Assembly (NCBI GenBank): GCA_045657345.1
Contig: JAZOSV010000002.1
Location: 1 to 40,821, forward strand
DNA from: Mycoplasma sp.
Lineage (GTDB): Bacteria > Bacillota_I > Bacilli_A > Mycoplasmatales > Mycoplasmoidaceae
Direction: 5' to 3'
DNA: 40,821 nt
Below, piece after piece: positions 21,537 through 35,365 of the stretch (position 1 is its first letter; every line of letters starts with the position of its first letter). Under the pieces are notes generated by a model. It saw only the letters and a list, made by a program, of their open reading frames with translations. It did no database searches and was not told the DNA's origin. The position numbers and the translations under genes are program-made.

Positions 21537-23099
21537 ATGAAAAACATTAAAATTTTTTTAGGTTTATTAACTTTTATTTTAGTAATTTGTTTGATTGCAT
21601 CGATTGTATTAACTGGTATTTTTGAAAGTAAATTAATATTTGCTATTACAACATTAGTTGCTTTAGTTTTTTTATATGGAATTAACATTGTTTTTGGAAC
21701 ATATATTTATTTTGATAAGAAACGTCGAGATTTAACTAAAAAAAGTTGATTATTTGCTTTATTACTTTTACCAGGAATTGTTCCTTTAATTTTCTTATGA
21801 ACCGGCTTTTCTCCATTCACCAAAAAGAAAATTAAACAATTATTAGAGATTCAAACAAGTATTAAAAAAACTTTTAATTATGATCAACAAAAAAAGAAGT
21901 TATCTCATGATGAAAATTTTAATCAAATATTACAATATGCTAGCAATATTACAATTAATAAATCAACTACAGGTGATTTTAAATTTATTAGTGATGATTT
22001 TTATCAAGCAACAATTAATTTAATTAGAAAAGCAAAGAAAGTTATTTTTGTTAATTTTTATATTTTTGGTGATGGTTTTTTTTGTAAATCAATTTTTAAT
22101 GAGTTGTATAAAAAAAGTCTTGAAGGAGTAAAGGTTTTTGTGCTTTATGATTGGGTTGGTAGTCGTAAAAAAATAGATAAAAATTTTTTTAAAAAACTAA
22201 ATTCATATAAAAATTTTCAAGCATATACATTTAGAAAGAAAAGTTTTTTTATTGTTAATAGTATTGATAGTCCTAGAAATCATAAAAAATCAATTATAGT
22301 TGATGATATTGAAGGGATAGTTGGAGGCTTTAACATTGCAGATGAATACATTAATGAAAATCATAAATATCATTTTTGAAGAGATCATGCATTTACTATA
22401 AAAGGATTAGTTATAAATGATTATTTAAAAATCTTTTTATTAGATTGGTTAGTTTATACTGATTGTCAGGATAAGAAAACAATTTTTAAATTTATTAAAC
22501 AAGCAATTGATCATAATCAAAAAATATCTCAAAATAAAAATTTTAGCATTGCACAGACTTACAACTCTTTTCCTGAATTAAATAGCTTAAAAGCAATTAA
22601 TATTTTTATCCAAATATTTTCATTAGCTAAAAAAAGGATATGAATAAATACTCCTTATTTTTTCCCAACTGAACAACTAGAAAACATATTGTTTAATGCA
22701 GTTATTAGAGGGGTTGATGTACGAGTGATTTTACCAGGGTTACCAGATAATAAAAAATTTATCACTAATCTTAATAGATATAAATATAAATTATGATTAG
22801 AAAAAGGAATTAAGATTTATGAGTTTAATGGATTCTCACATGCTAAAACAATTTTGATTGATGATGATATTACTTTATTAGGTAGCATTAATTTAGACCC
22901 AAGGGCTTTAAACATCAATTATGAAATATTAAATATAGTTAAGTCTAAAAAATTATTTAGTGAAGTTTATCATGATTTTGAAAAAACTATAAAAATTTCA
23001 CAATTGATTACAAAAGCTCCAAAACTATCTTTATCATTCAAATCTATTTGTGGTAGACTTATAATAATATTTTTAATATTATTTGAACCATTATTATAA
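21537..23099 (+). CDS. cls: Cardiolipin synthase / phospholipase D family protein
   Basis: Two N-terminal TM helices and two HKD motifs (..NHKKSIIVDD.. and ..SHAKTILIDDDITLLGSINLD..). Three fragments are in one frame; 520 aa. Confidence 0.8.
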
Positions 23100-23111
23100 A
23101 GAAAATTGATT

Positions 23112-23984
23112 ATGGCAAAATACCGTATGAAACTTGTTTGAGAAAGAATAGAGGAAAACAAATCTTTGTCTTCTTATATTGATCATACTAATCTTAGTCC
23201 TGTCGCAACTCCTGAGGATATCAAAAAATTATGTGAAGAAGCAATTAAATACAATTTTGCTTCTGTATGTGTGCATCCTTGCTATGTGAAACTTTGTAAA
23301 CAACTTTTATCTAAATCAATGGTATTAGTTTGTACAGTTGTAGGTTTTCCGTTAGGTCAAAATAACAAGTATACTAAAATATATGAGACAGTTCTAGCAG
23401 CTAATGATGGTGCCGATGAAATAGATATGGTAGCAAATATTAGTGATATCAAAGCAAGAAATACTAAAAAAATTATTAATGAAATCAATGATGTTGTAAA
23501 GGCCTCTAAAGGTGGGAGTGTAAAGGTAATTGTTGAAACATCATTATTAAATCATGATGACAAAGAATATATTGTTAAAGTTGTTTCTTTATCTATGGCT
23601 AAATTTATTAAGACATCTACTGGTTTTTCATCAAGTGGTGCAAATTTAGATGATGTTAAAATGTGAAAGCAATGAATTGATTCAGTTTTCAGTGATTTAG
23701 AAATTAAAGCATCTGGTGGTATTAGAGATTTTAATACTTTTATAAATTTTATTAAAGCCGGTGCTACAAGAATAGGAACTTCTAATGGTGTTCAAATTAT
23801 ATTAAATCAAGATAATAAGGAAGATAAAAAAGAGCCAAAAATACAAGAAAGCACTACCAATAATAATCAACATAAAACAGTTAATCTATTAAAACAAGAT
23901 AATACTCAAGTAAAGATAAAAAAACCAACTCCTGTTAAGGAAGAGCTTGTTAATAACCAAAAAGAAAAACAAACAAACCCCTAA
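23112..23984 (+). CDS. deoC: Deoxyribose-phosphate aldolase with C-terminal low-complexity tail
   Basis: ..YIDHTNLSP.., ..VCTVVGFPLG.. and Schiff-base lysine motif ..FIKTSTGF..; ATG 23112 is in frame through TGA 23139; extends through TGA codons to TAA 23982; 290 aa. Confidence 0.85.
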
Positions 23985-24085
23985 TAAGGAACCTATTGCT
24001 GATATTAAAAAAAGTAAAAAAATGAAAATAAAACAAATAGATCTAAATAAATAGTTCCTTTTTATGCTTATATGGTAATAAAAAG

Positions 24086-24168
24086 CTAAAGATAAATTAA
24101 AAAATAATTATTAAATTAAAGTAATATCAATTATTATTTTCTAATATTTATTATCCTTTTATCTTTAG
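24086..24168. repeat. Perfect 11-bp inverted repeat CTAAAGATAAA / TTTATCTTTAG, 61-nt spacer
   Basis: Arms at 24086-24096 and 24158-24168, read directly, in the deoC-lon intergenic region. Confidence 0.6.
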
Positions 24169-24182
24169 ATAAAATATAAATT

Positions 24183-24209
24183 TTAGCAAACTATTAATTT
24201 AATTGCTAA
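24183..24209 (+). promoter_or_regulatory. CIRCE-like inverted repeat (putative HrcA operator)
   Basis: TTAGCAAAC-N9-AATTGCTAA matches 14 of 18 positions of the consensus TTAGCACTC-N9-GAGTGCTAA. It sits immediately upstream of lon and overlaps the putative -35. Confidence 0.5.
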
Positions 24210-24231
24210 TTTAGAAAAATTGTTGTAAAAT
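24203..24231 (+). promoter_or_regulatory. Candidate lon promoter (-35 TTGCTA, 17-nt spacer, -10 TAAAAT)
   Basis: Hexamers at 24203-24208 and 24226-24231; a GGAGG RBS lies at 24252-24256 before ATG 24263. Confidence 0.4.
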
Positions 24232-24262
24232 AATAAAAATATTTCTTATTTGGAGGTATGAA

Positions 24263-26611
24263 ATGGGTGCAGATATTAAAGATAAAAAGAATGAAAATAA
24301 AGCTAATGGACCTTTACAACTTTTAATTACTAGAGGAATTATTGTTTTTCCATCAGTAACTACTTCTATACAGATTGGTCGTAAAAAAACCTTATTAACT
24401 ATCAAAAATTTAAATGAAGGTGATGAATTAATTATAGTTAGTCAAAAAAATCCAGATTTAGACGAAATAACTGTTGATGACATCTACCTTTATGGAACAA
24501 TATGTAAAATTAAACAGATCACTAAAAATGAAGACGATAGAACATTTAATGTTAAAGGTGTTAAACGAATTAAATTAGTTAAACCATCTTTTAGTGCTAA
24601 AACAGGATTTTCTTCTAAGTGAGAAGAGGTAGAAATTAAAAAAGGAAATACCAAGAGAAATGAAATGTTAGTTGATAATATTTTGGAAATAATTGCTAAA
24701 TATAGTGATGTAGCTAAAAAGAGTAAAGAGATCCAAGAATTTTATACATATGCTTTAGATAATCCAAAATCATTCTCTTCAATTGCTGATTTTGTGATCA
24801 ATAATCTAAATCTACCATTTAAAAAAGTACAATCATTTTTAGAGTGTGATTCAATAACTGAAAGATTGGAAATTGCCTTTGGTTATTTAGTTGAATTTTT
24901 TGATTCAGATAATGCAATTAGAGATGAAGTTGATAATCAAATTAATCGTAAAATGAACGAAAATATTTCTAAACAACAAAAAGAATTTTATTTACGTGAA
25001 AGATTAAAAACCGTCAAAGAAGAATTAGGTGAATTAACATCTAAGGAAAATGAAATTGATATAGTTAAGAGAAGATTAAATAACAATCCATATCCTAATG
25101 AAATTCGAGAAAAAATATTGTCTGAATTATCTAAGTATGAAGCAGCAATGAGTTCTAATGAATCAAGTATTACTAAAACATATATTGATTGATTATTAGA
25201 TTTACCTTGATGACAAGAATCTGAAGATAATAAAGATCTAAAAGAAGTTGAAAAAATATTAAATAAAAATCATTATGGAATTGATAAAGTAAAAGAAAGA
25301 ATTTTAGAATTTCTAGCTTTAAAAACAAAAAACAAAAATGCTCATGGACCTATTTTATGTCTAGTAGGTCCTCCTGGTGTTGGTAAAACATCACTTGCTC
25401 GTTCTATTGCTGAGGCATTAAATAAAAAATATATAAAAGTATCACTTGGTGGTGTAAAAGATGAAGCTGAAATTAGAGGTCATCGTAAAACTTATATTGG
25501 AGCAATGCCAGGTAGAATAATTAAAGGAATGAAAAAAGCTGGAGTTATCAATCCGTTATTTTTATTAGATGAAATTGATAAAATGGCAAATAGTCAAAAA
25601 GGGGACCCTGCTTCAGCTATGCTTGAAGTTTTAGACCCAGAACAAAATGCTCATTTTTCAGACAACTATATTGAAGAAGATTATGATTTATCAAAAGTAA
25701 TGTTTATGGCTACTGCTAATTATTACAAACAAATTCCATATGCATTAATTGATCGTTTAGAAATTATTGAATTGAATTCTTATACAGAACAAGAAAAGTT
25801 AGAAATAGCTAAACGTCATTTAATTCCAAAAGCTATGAAAGAATCTTTAATTACAAATTTAAAATGAGATGATGAGGCAATTAGAATAATTATCAATCAT
25901 TATACTCATGAAGCTGGTGTTCGTGAGCTAGAACGTCAAATTCAAAAAATAGCTCGTAAGTATGTAGTCAATGAATTAAAAGGTAATTCTTTACCGACTA
26001 AAATAACTAAAGAACAAGTTCGAGAATATTTAGGTAAAATTATCTTTGATGTTACTTTAAAAGATAAAGAAAGTATTCCTGGAATTGTTAATGGAATGGC
26101 TTATACTAGTACAGGTGGTGATTTATTACCAATTGAATGTACCTTTTCAAATGGAAAGGGAAAAGTGTTTATCACTGGAAATCTAGAAAAAACTATGAAT
26201 GAATCAGTATCTGTTGCCCTTGGTTATGTAAAAGCAAATGCTGAAAACTTTGGCATTGATCCTAAAAAGTTTAATGAAATCGATATTCATGTCCATGTGC
26301 CTTCTGGTGGTATACCAAAAGATGGTCCAAGTGCTGGTGTAGCAATTACTAGCGCTATTATTTCAAAATTAAAAGATGTTCCAGTTAAAACAAATATTTC
26401 TATGACTGGTGAAATAACATTAAGAGGAAAAGTAGGTATCATAGGTGGTGTCAAAGAAAAAGTTATTTCTGCTCACCGTGCAGGCGTTAGAGAAATTTTC
26501 TTACCTATTGATGATGAACGTTTCCTAGAAGAAATTCCAAAAGATATTTTAAAGGATATTAAGATTCATTTAGTAACTCAATACAAAGAAATTTATGATC
26601 AATTATTTTAA
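24263..26611 (+). CDS. lon: ATP-dependent Lon protease
   Basis: Four track fragments are in one frame. Walker [10 protein letters not shown] and catalytic-Ser motif ..[10 protein letters not shown]..; 782 aa. Confidence 0.93.
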
Positions 26612-26617
26612 GTTAAA

Positions 26618-28984
<2,367 letters not shown>

Positions 28985-29025
28985 AACTATCTAATTAAAT
29001 AGGAGAATTAATTATGTCTGAATAT

Positions 29026-29823
29026 AATGAAACAACAAAATTTTGTACAATCGAAGATGTTTTAGAAGATAATTGATATGAAATATTAGAATGTAACAAT
29101 CAATCATCACAAGCAGAAATTGAAGCTAATTATAAACGATTAGCAAAGATGTATCATCCAGATAAAAACAAATCTCCTGATGCACTTCATAAATTTTATA
29201 AGATATTAAATGCTTACCAAATTTTATCTGATGTTGAAGTACGAGCATTTTATGACTATGAATCAAATAATGATGAATATCGTAATAATTTTCGTTTTCA
29301 TGCAATTGAAAATATTATTAGCTTTAAAAACTATATAGATGATTGTGTTTCTAATATGATTAGTAATCAAACCTTTGATGATGCTATTTGAGAAAAGATT
29401 AAATACAAAGTTTTAGATCCTGACAATAAAACTGAATTTAACAGAAACAAAAATATTGTTGGTGTTTTAGATATTACAAGAAATGCTTTAAATAAAGGCT
29501 CAAGAATCGCTTTTCCACTTTACCGTTTAAAAACATGTGGTGTATGTCGTGGATTTGGGAAAATCGGAGTTGACGAAAGAACCATTTGTTATAATTGTGG
29601 CGGTTATGGCATTGAAGAGGAAAGAATTTTTGTATATGTTGAAATTCCAAAAAATTATAACTACAAGAAAAAATTAATAATTCCTGGTAGAGGACACAAA
29701 TTACCTATTTCAATTGGTGATCTTGTTTTAACTATTAATCCAGTAAATCGTTTATCAATGAAAACTAAGATTTTTCAAAGTAGTTTTAGAAATCGTAAAT
29801 TTAAGACAGATAATTTGGAATAA
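29026..29823 (+). CDS. J-domain protein, DnaJ paralogue with a single zinc centre
   Basis: J-domain ..WYEILEC..YKRLAKMYHPDKNK.. with an HPD motif, and only two CxxCxGxG repeats (CGVCRGFG, CYNCGGYG). ATG 29026 is the first in-frame ATG; the better RBS-spaced ATG 29013 is out of frame. Confidence 0.7.
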
Positions 29824-29842
29824 TTTATAGAAAGGTTTATTT

Positions 29843-31045
29843 ATGTCTGAAAGTAAAAGAGATTATTATGATGTTTTAGGTGTTAGTCGTTCAGCTTCTA
29901 CTAGTGAAATTAAAAAAGCTTTTAGAACTTTAGCAATGAAGTATCACCCTGATCGTAACAAAGCGCCTGATGCAACTGAAAAATTTCGTGAAATTAATGA
30001 AGCATATGAAGTCTTAAGTGATGATAATAAAAGAAAAATTTATGATCAATTTGGCCATGATGGCTTAAATAATAGTGGATTCTCATCAGAAAACATTAAT
30101 CCTTTTGATATTTTTAATCAATTTTTTGGTGGTGGATTTACATCGAGCTTTGAAGATGCTTTTGACGGTGAAGATTTATTCTCCTCTATTTTTGGAGATT
30201 TTGGTAGTTTCAGTTTTTCCACTGGCCCAAACATGTCTAGAAAATCAAGGAATAATCAAAATGACCCTAATATTTATGTACGAATAGTAATTGATTTTAA
30301 AACATCTGTTATGGGTGGTCAACAAGAAATTTCCTTTGATTGAATTTATGATTGTGAAAAATGTAAAGGCTCTGGCGCTGATTCTCCAAATGATATTAAA
30401 GAATGTACAACATGTTCTGGTAGTGGATTTAAATTATATGAATCACGTTCAATTTTCGGAGTTCAAAGACAAAAAGTTGTTTGTAATACATGTAATGGTA
30501 AAGGAAAAATACCAACAACAAAATGTAGCAAATGTAATGGTAAAGGTCTAATTCAAGAAAGAAAAAATGTAAAAGCAAATATTCCTGCCGGTGTACGTGA
30601 TAATGAAGTTTTAAAAGTTCCAGGTAAGGGCAATCAGATCAACGGTGTTAAAGGAGATTTATTAATTCATGTTAACATCAAGAAGTCTAAGTATTTTGAT
30701 AGAATCGGAAATGATCTTTTTACAGTAGTCATTATTGATCCAGTTACTGCTATTACTGGGGGCAACATTAAGATAGCTACTCCTTATGGAATAATAGAGC
30801 ATAAATTACCTGCTGGGACTAATTTTGGAGAAAGAATTACAATTGCAAATTATGGGATTAAAAATAATAATGCTAGTAAAACAAAAATTTTTGGTTCTAA
30901 ATCAAATGGTAATTTAATTTGTGAAATAAGATATATAATGCCAAAATACAATAAGAGTGAATTGAAAAATTTAGAAGAATTTAAAAGAAATGATGATAAT
31001 GAGATTATAAATTATAATAGTAAAGTACTAAAGGAGTTTGAATAA
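29843..31045 (+). CDS. dnaJ: Molecular chaperone DnaJ
   Basis: ..[21 protein letters not shown].., a G/F-rich region and four CxxCxGxG repeats; joined through TGA 30341; 400 aa. Confidence 0.93.
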
Positions 31046-31046
31046 C

Positions 31047-32171
31047 ATGGAAACTAAATCTAGTAAAAAACAAGTAGTTAAAACTACTGCTAAAAATACT
31101 AATAAAAAATCAACAGTTAAAAAGTCAACAAGTAAAAAAACTAATTCTAAGTTAACTAGTGCTAAACCAACCTTGAATAAGATTCCAATGGTAGAAGTGG
31201 GTGTAGTTGATGCCAATAACATTTCTTATGTACGTCCTTTTGAAAATCAACATCACACTCCAAGTAGAACACAAGTTTTTCGTGAAGAAATTTCTTCATT
31301 AAAAAAATTAAATTTAGAAAGTGATCAAGAAATTAAAAATTTAATTCAAAATAATGAAATATTAGAAGAGCAAAACAAAAAAAATGAAACAGAAATTCTA
31401 AATTTTAAGAATAGAGTTGCAAAATTAGAACACGATTTAAATGATAGTTATAAAAAGAATCAAAACCTAGTTAATGAATTGAATACTATTATTGCCAACA
31501 ATAAAAATTTAAAAAATCAATTATCACAACTAGAAGAGAATAATAAAATATTAAATGAGCAATTTAAAAATGTCCAAACTGAACTAAAATCAAAAATTAA
31601 TGTTGAACAAGAACAAACTCCACCTCCTCCTTCGAACAATGGTCCTAAACCTGAAAATTGAGAATCTATCAAAAATCAATTAGAAAAACAAATAATACAG
31701 TTAAATAAAGCTTTAGAAGATGAACGACAACAAATGATAAATAAATTACAAATAAAATCAAAAGAAGCGCAAAAATTGGTCGATGATAAATTGGATGAAT
31801 TAGAAAAGAAAAAACAAGATGAACTTGCTCAATTAAAGTCAAAAGTTAACGAGGAAGTTATTTGCCAATTCTTAGATCCAATTTTGCTTTTAGACCAGAC
31901 AATAGAATCAAGTGCTAATAATAGCGCTATATATAACTATTTACAAGGCTTTAAAATGATTGTTAATATGTTTAAAGACAAATTATCAATGTTAGGTACA
32001 GAAGAAATAGTAGTTAATGTGGGTGATACATTCAATGAAAACTGAATGGCAGCTTTTGATGCAATTCATGATCCTAAGTATCCACCTAACATTGTTTTAA
32101 AAGTTGTTTCTAAAGGCTATGCATTAAAGGGAAAAGTTATCAAATATACTTCTGTAGTTGTTTCTAAATAA
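31047..32171 (+). CDS. grpE: Nucleotide exchange factor GrpE with long N-terminal extension
   Basis: ATG 31047 is 1 nt after the dnaJ stop. The C-terminal part ..VGDTFNENWMAAFDAIHDPKYPPNIVLKVVSKGYALKGKVIKYTSVVVSK is GrpE-like; 374 aa. Confidence 0.8.
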
Positions 32172-32183
32172 AATAACTAATGT

Positions 32184-33620
32184 TTAAACTTGTTCACCAT
32201 TTAAAGAAAAACGTGATGCTGAATTTATTTTAACTTTTATAATTTCTCCTGGCTTAGCTTTACCCTTGAAATTGACAACTTTTCATTGTGGCGAATAACC
32301 AGTTAATTTTTCATTATTTGTTTTTGATTCCCCCTCAACTAAAACATCAATAACTTGATTAATGTATTTTTTGTTATTTTCAGCAGCATATTTTTTCACT
32401 AACTCATTTAAAGCTTGTAATCTTTGCTTTTTAACTTCTGGTTTAATATCATCACTCATGCTTGCAGCTGGTGTACCTTCTCTAGGAGAAAAAATAAATG
32501 TATATGCATTATCAAACTTAATATCATTATATAAATCTAATGTTGCCTGAAAATCATCATCACTTTCATTTGGGAATCCGACAATAATATCAGTTGAGAT
32601 AGCAGCATGTGGTATTTGTTTTTTGATGTATGATATTTTTGCTTTATAATCATCAATTTTCATTTCACGATTCATTTTTTTTAAAATGTGTTCTGAACCA
32701 GATTGTATTGGTAAATGAAAATAAGGCATAATATTTGGATATTCCTTACAAATATCAATTATTTTACTATTTCAGTTTCAGGGATTAGAAGTGGCAAATC
32801 TAATTCTTTTAATTTTAGTTTGAGCAATTAATTTTAGTAAAGCTGCAAAATCAATTTTTTCTTCTAAATCAATTCCATATGAATTAACATTTTGTCCTAA
32901 TAAGGTTATCTCTTGATAACCTCTTTTAATAAGATCATCGACTTCAGCTAAGATATCTTCTTTTAATCTTGAACGAATTTTGCCTCTGGTATATGGGACA
33001 ATACAATAGCTACAAAACTTATCACAACCATACATAATATTTACTCAAGCTTTAATTTTATTATCCCTACTATTTGGAATGTTTTCGATAATATCTCCTT
33101 CTTGAGATCAAACATCTATTACCATTTGTTTTTCTAATTTAAGGTTCTTTAAAATTTGTGGTAATCTATGGATATTATGAGTGCCAAAGATAAAGTCAAC
33201 ATATTGGTATTTATTTAGAATTTTGTTAACTACTTTTTCACTTTGACTCATACAACCACTCATACCTAAAATCATATTTGGGTTTTTTTGTTTTGATTTT
33301 TTTAATAAACCTAACTCTCCAAAGACTTTATTCTCTGCATTCTCTCTAATTGCACATGTATTTAAAATTACTAAATCAGCTGACATAATATCATCAGTAC
33401 TTGAAAATTTCATTTTTTCTAAAACACCTTTGATTGTTTCACCATCCCTAACATTAGATTGGCATCCATATGTACGGATATAGTAAGTTTTATGCTTGCC
33501 AAAATCTGACATATCATCATCAATTTTAAACTCATCTCTTTTTATCACTGCTTTTTTAATTCTTTTGCGAGCTTGAACAATATTTGGTAAATTTTGCTTT
33601 TTTATATCTTTTTTATCCAT
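32184..33620 (-). CDS. miaB: MiaB-family radical-SAM methylthiotransferase
   Basis: Three minus-strand fragments are in one frame. ..[12 protein letters not shown].., radical-SAM CDKFCSYC and a TRAM-like C-terminus; 478 aa. The MiaB versus MtaB/RimO choice rests on the YGCQxN motif only. Confidence 0.75.
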
Positions 33621-33623
33621 AAA

Positions 33624-34766
33624 TTATAAATATTTTGTTAATTCCTTTACCTTATCTAAATCTTCTCATTTTACATTCAAGTCTTCTCGACCAAAATGTC
33701 CATAAGTAGCTAAAGGAAAATATTTAGTATTTTTAAGATTTAAATGTTTAATCATTCCATGGATGGAAAAATCAAAAGTTTCTAATATGGCTTTAGTGAT
33801 TTTTTTGTTATCAATTTTATTAGTATTAAATGTTTCAATGAAAATAGCAATTGGTTCAGTCATTCCGATTCCATATGCTATTTGAATTTCACATTGATCA
33901 GCTAATTTAGCAGCAACAACATTTTTAGCAATATATCTAGCAAAATAAGCACCACTACGATCAACTTTAGTGTAATCTTTTCCACTAAATGCTCCACCAC
34001 CATGTCTAGCAACACCACCATATGTATCAACAATAATTTTTCTTCCAGTTAAACCTGTATCTCCAATTGGACCACCAATTACAAATCTTCCAGATGGGTT
34101 AATTATTTTTTTAAAATCCTTATTTAATTTAAATTGTTTAACAACTTCATCAATAATATTTTTACTTATAAAATTTTTAAACCTTTTTTCATTGTATTTT
34201 TCATCATGTTGAATTGACATTAAAATTGTATGAATTTTTGGATTTTTTATATCACTATAATCAATAGTTACTTGACTTTTCATATCTGATTTTGCTCATT
34301 TAAATTTCTTATTTTTTCTTAACTTTTCAGCTAACTTAACTAAATGATGAGCTATTTCAACTGACAAGGGCATATAGTTTTTAGTTTCATTAGTAGCAAA
34401 GCCATAAACAATTCCTTGATCTCCCGCACCAATTGTCTTATTGTTCTTATTAATAGCCTGGTTAATATCAGGCGATTGGTTATTAACATTTGAAATAATG
34501 GTAAAATCATTTTCATCATATCCTAATGGTTTAATCACACTTCAAGCAGATTGAACAATATCAACATAAGATTTAGTTGTGATTTCTCCTCCTATGACTA
34601 TTAAATGATTTGATGCAAAAACTTCGCATGCAACTTTTGAATCCTTATCGTTTCTTAAACATTCATCTAAAATAATATCAGATATTTGATCACAAATTTT
34701 ATCTGGATGGCCCGCACCAACAGATTCACTTGTTATTAATTTTTTTCCACTGATATTACAATTCAT
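33624..34766 (-). CDS. metK: S-adenosylmethionine synthetase
   Basis: ..[18 protein letters not shown].., ..GAGDQGI.., ..[30 protein letters not shown]..; ATG at 34766; the stop is 3 nt before the miaB start; 380 aa. Confidence 0.93.
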
Positions 34767-34775
34767 AATGTAGTT

Positions 34776-34781
34776 ATTATA
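34776..34781 (-). promoter_or_regulatory. Candidate -10 box (TATAAT on minus strand) 9 nt upstream of the metK ATG
   Basis: The minus strand reads GAATTATAATAACTACATTATG, with no SD between the box and the ATG. Confidence 0.3.
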
Positions 34782-34936
34782 ATTCAACAATTTTAAAATT
34801 TAGATAATTGTACTGCTTTAATTGTTTTTAAATATATTTTTTTAGATAAAAAAATAAATATGTATCAAATTTAAAAATAATAATGATTTGAGAAACTTGA
34901 AAAGATTATCATAGTGTGTTATAAACTTAATATATT

Positions 34937-35230
34937 ATGAAAAATAATTTTAAAAATAATATTGTTGTCAAACAAGATGGTTATACATTAAAGAATGAAA
35001 ATGGTGTAGTAAAGCACTACACAAAGAAGATGTCAGGTTTTAAAAATGGATATGAATTTGTAAGTTATAGTAGTACCACTTATATAGATTACAATGGTGA
35101 TTTTGATTTAAATTTTGATTCACAAAGGTGAAATGATTCTAGTATAGATATTAATGAAGATAACAACTTAATAGAAGGTCATATAAATAGTAATAAGCAA
35201 ATATCTTATAATCGTAAAAAAATAAAATAA
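34937..35230 (+). CDS. Hypothetical small protein, 97 aa
   Basis: Track ORF 34937-35131 extended through TGA 35129 to TAA 35228. No recognisable motif. Confidence 0.4.
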
Positions 35231-35351
35231 TTGTTTTAAATAAATTATTTATACTAATGTTTTAAAGTTGTAATTTTATTCTGTTTTTAACTGTTTTTAG
35301 TAGTAAATGATAAACCATTAAAAACCTTTTAAATTGTTGATAAAATTGTTC

Positions 35352-35357
35352 TATAAT
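35352..35357 (+). promoter_or_regulatory. Candidate -10 box (TATAAT) 8 nt upstream of the hsdR ATG
   Basis: Reads CTATAATTTTAAAATATG, with no SD, which implies a leaderless hsdR mRNA. Confidence 0.35.
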
Positions 35358-35365
35358 TTTAAAAT

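Noticed and set aside
21503-24405. Minus-strand ORFs 21503-21688, 22970-23161 and 24211-24405, and + strand ORF 32362-32550 opposite miaB.
   Set aside because: They overlap better-supported genes or promoter regions (cls, deoC, lon, miaB) on the other strand and have no motifs or RBS.
30075-30551. Two + strand ORFs (30075-30287, 30291-30551) overlapping dnaJ, and minus-strand ORF 31028-31222 over the grpE start.
   Set aside because: These are alternative frames of the dnaJ G/F and zinc-finger regions. The dnaJ frame gives the four canonical CxxCxGxG repeats, and these ORFs give no recognisable sequence.
34767-34936. Possible SAM riboswitch in the metK upstream region.
   Set aside because: The region is almost pure A/T with no GC-containing helices, and a TATAAT lies only 9 nt from the ATG. 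That leaves no room for a riboswitch leader.
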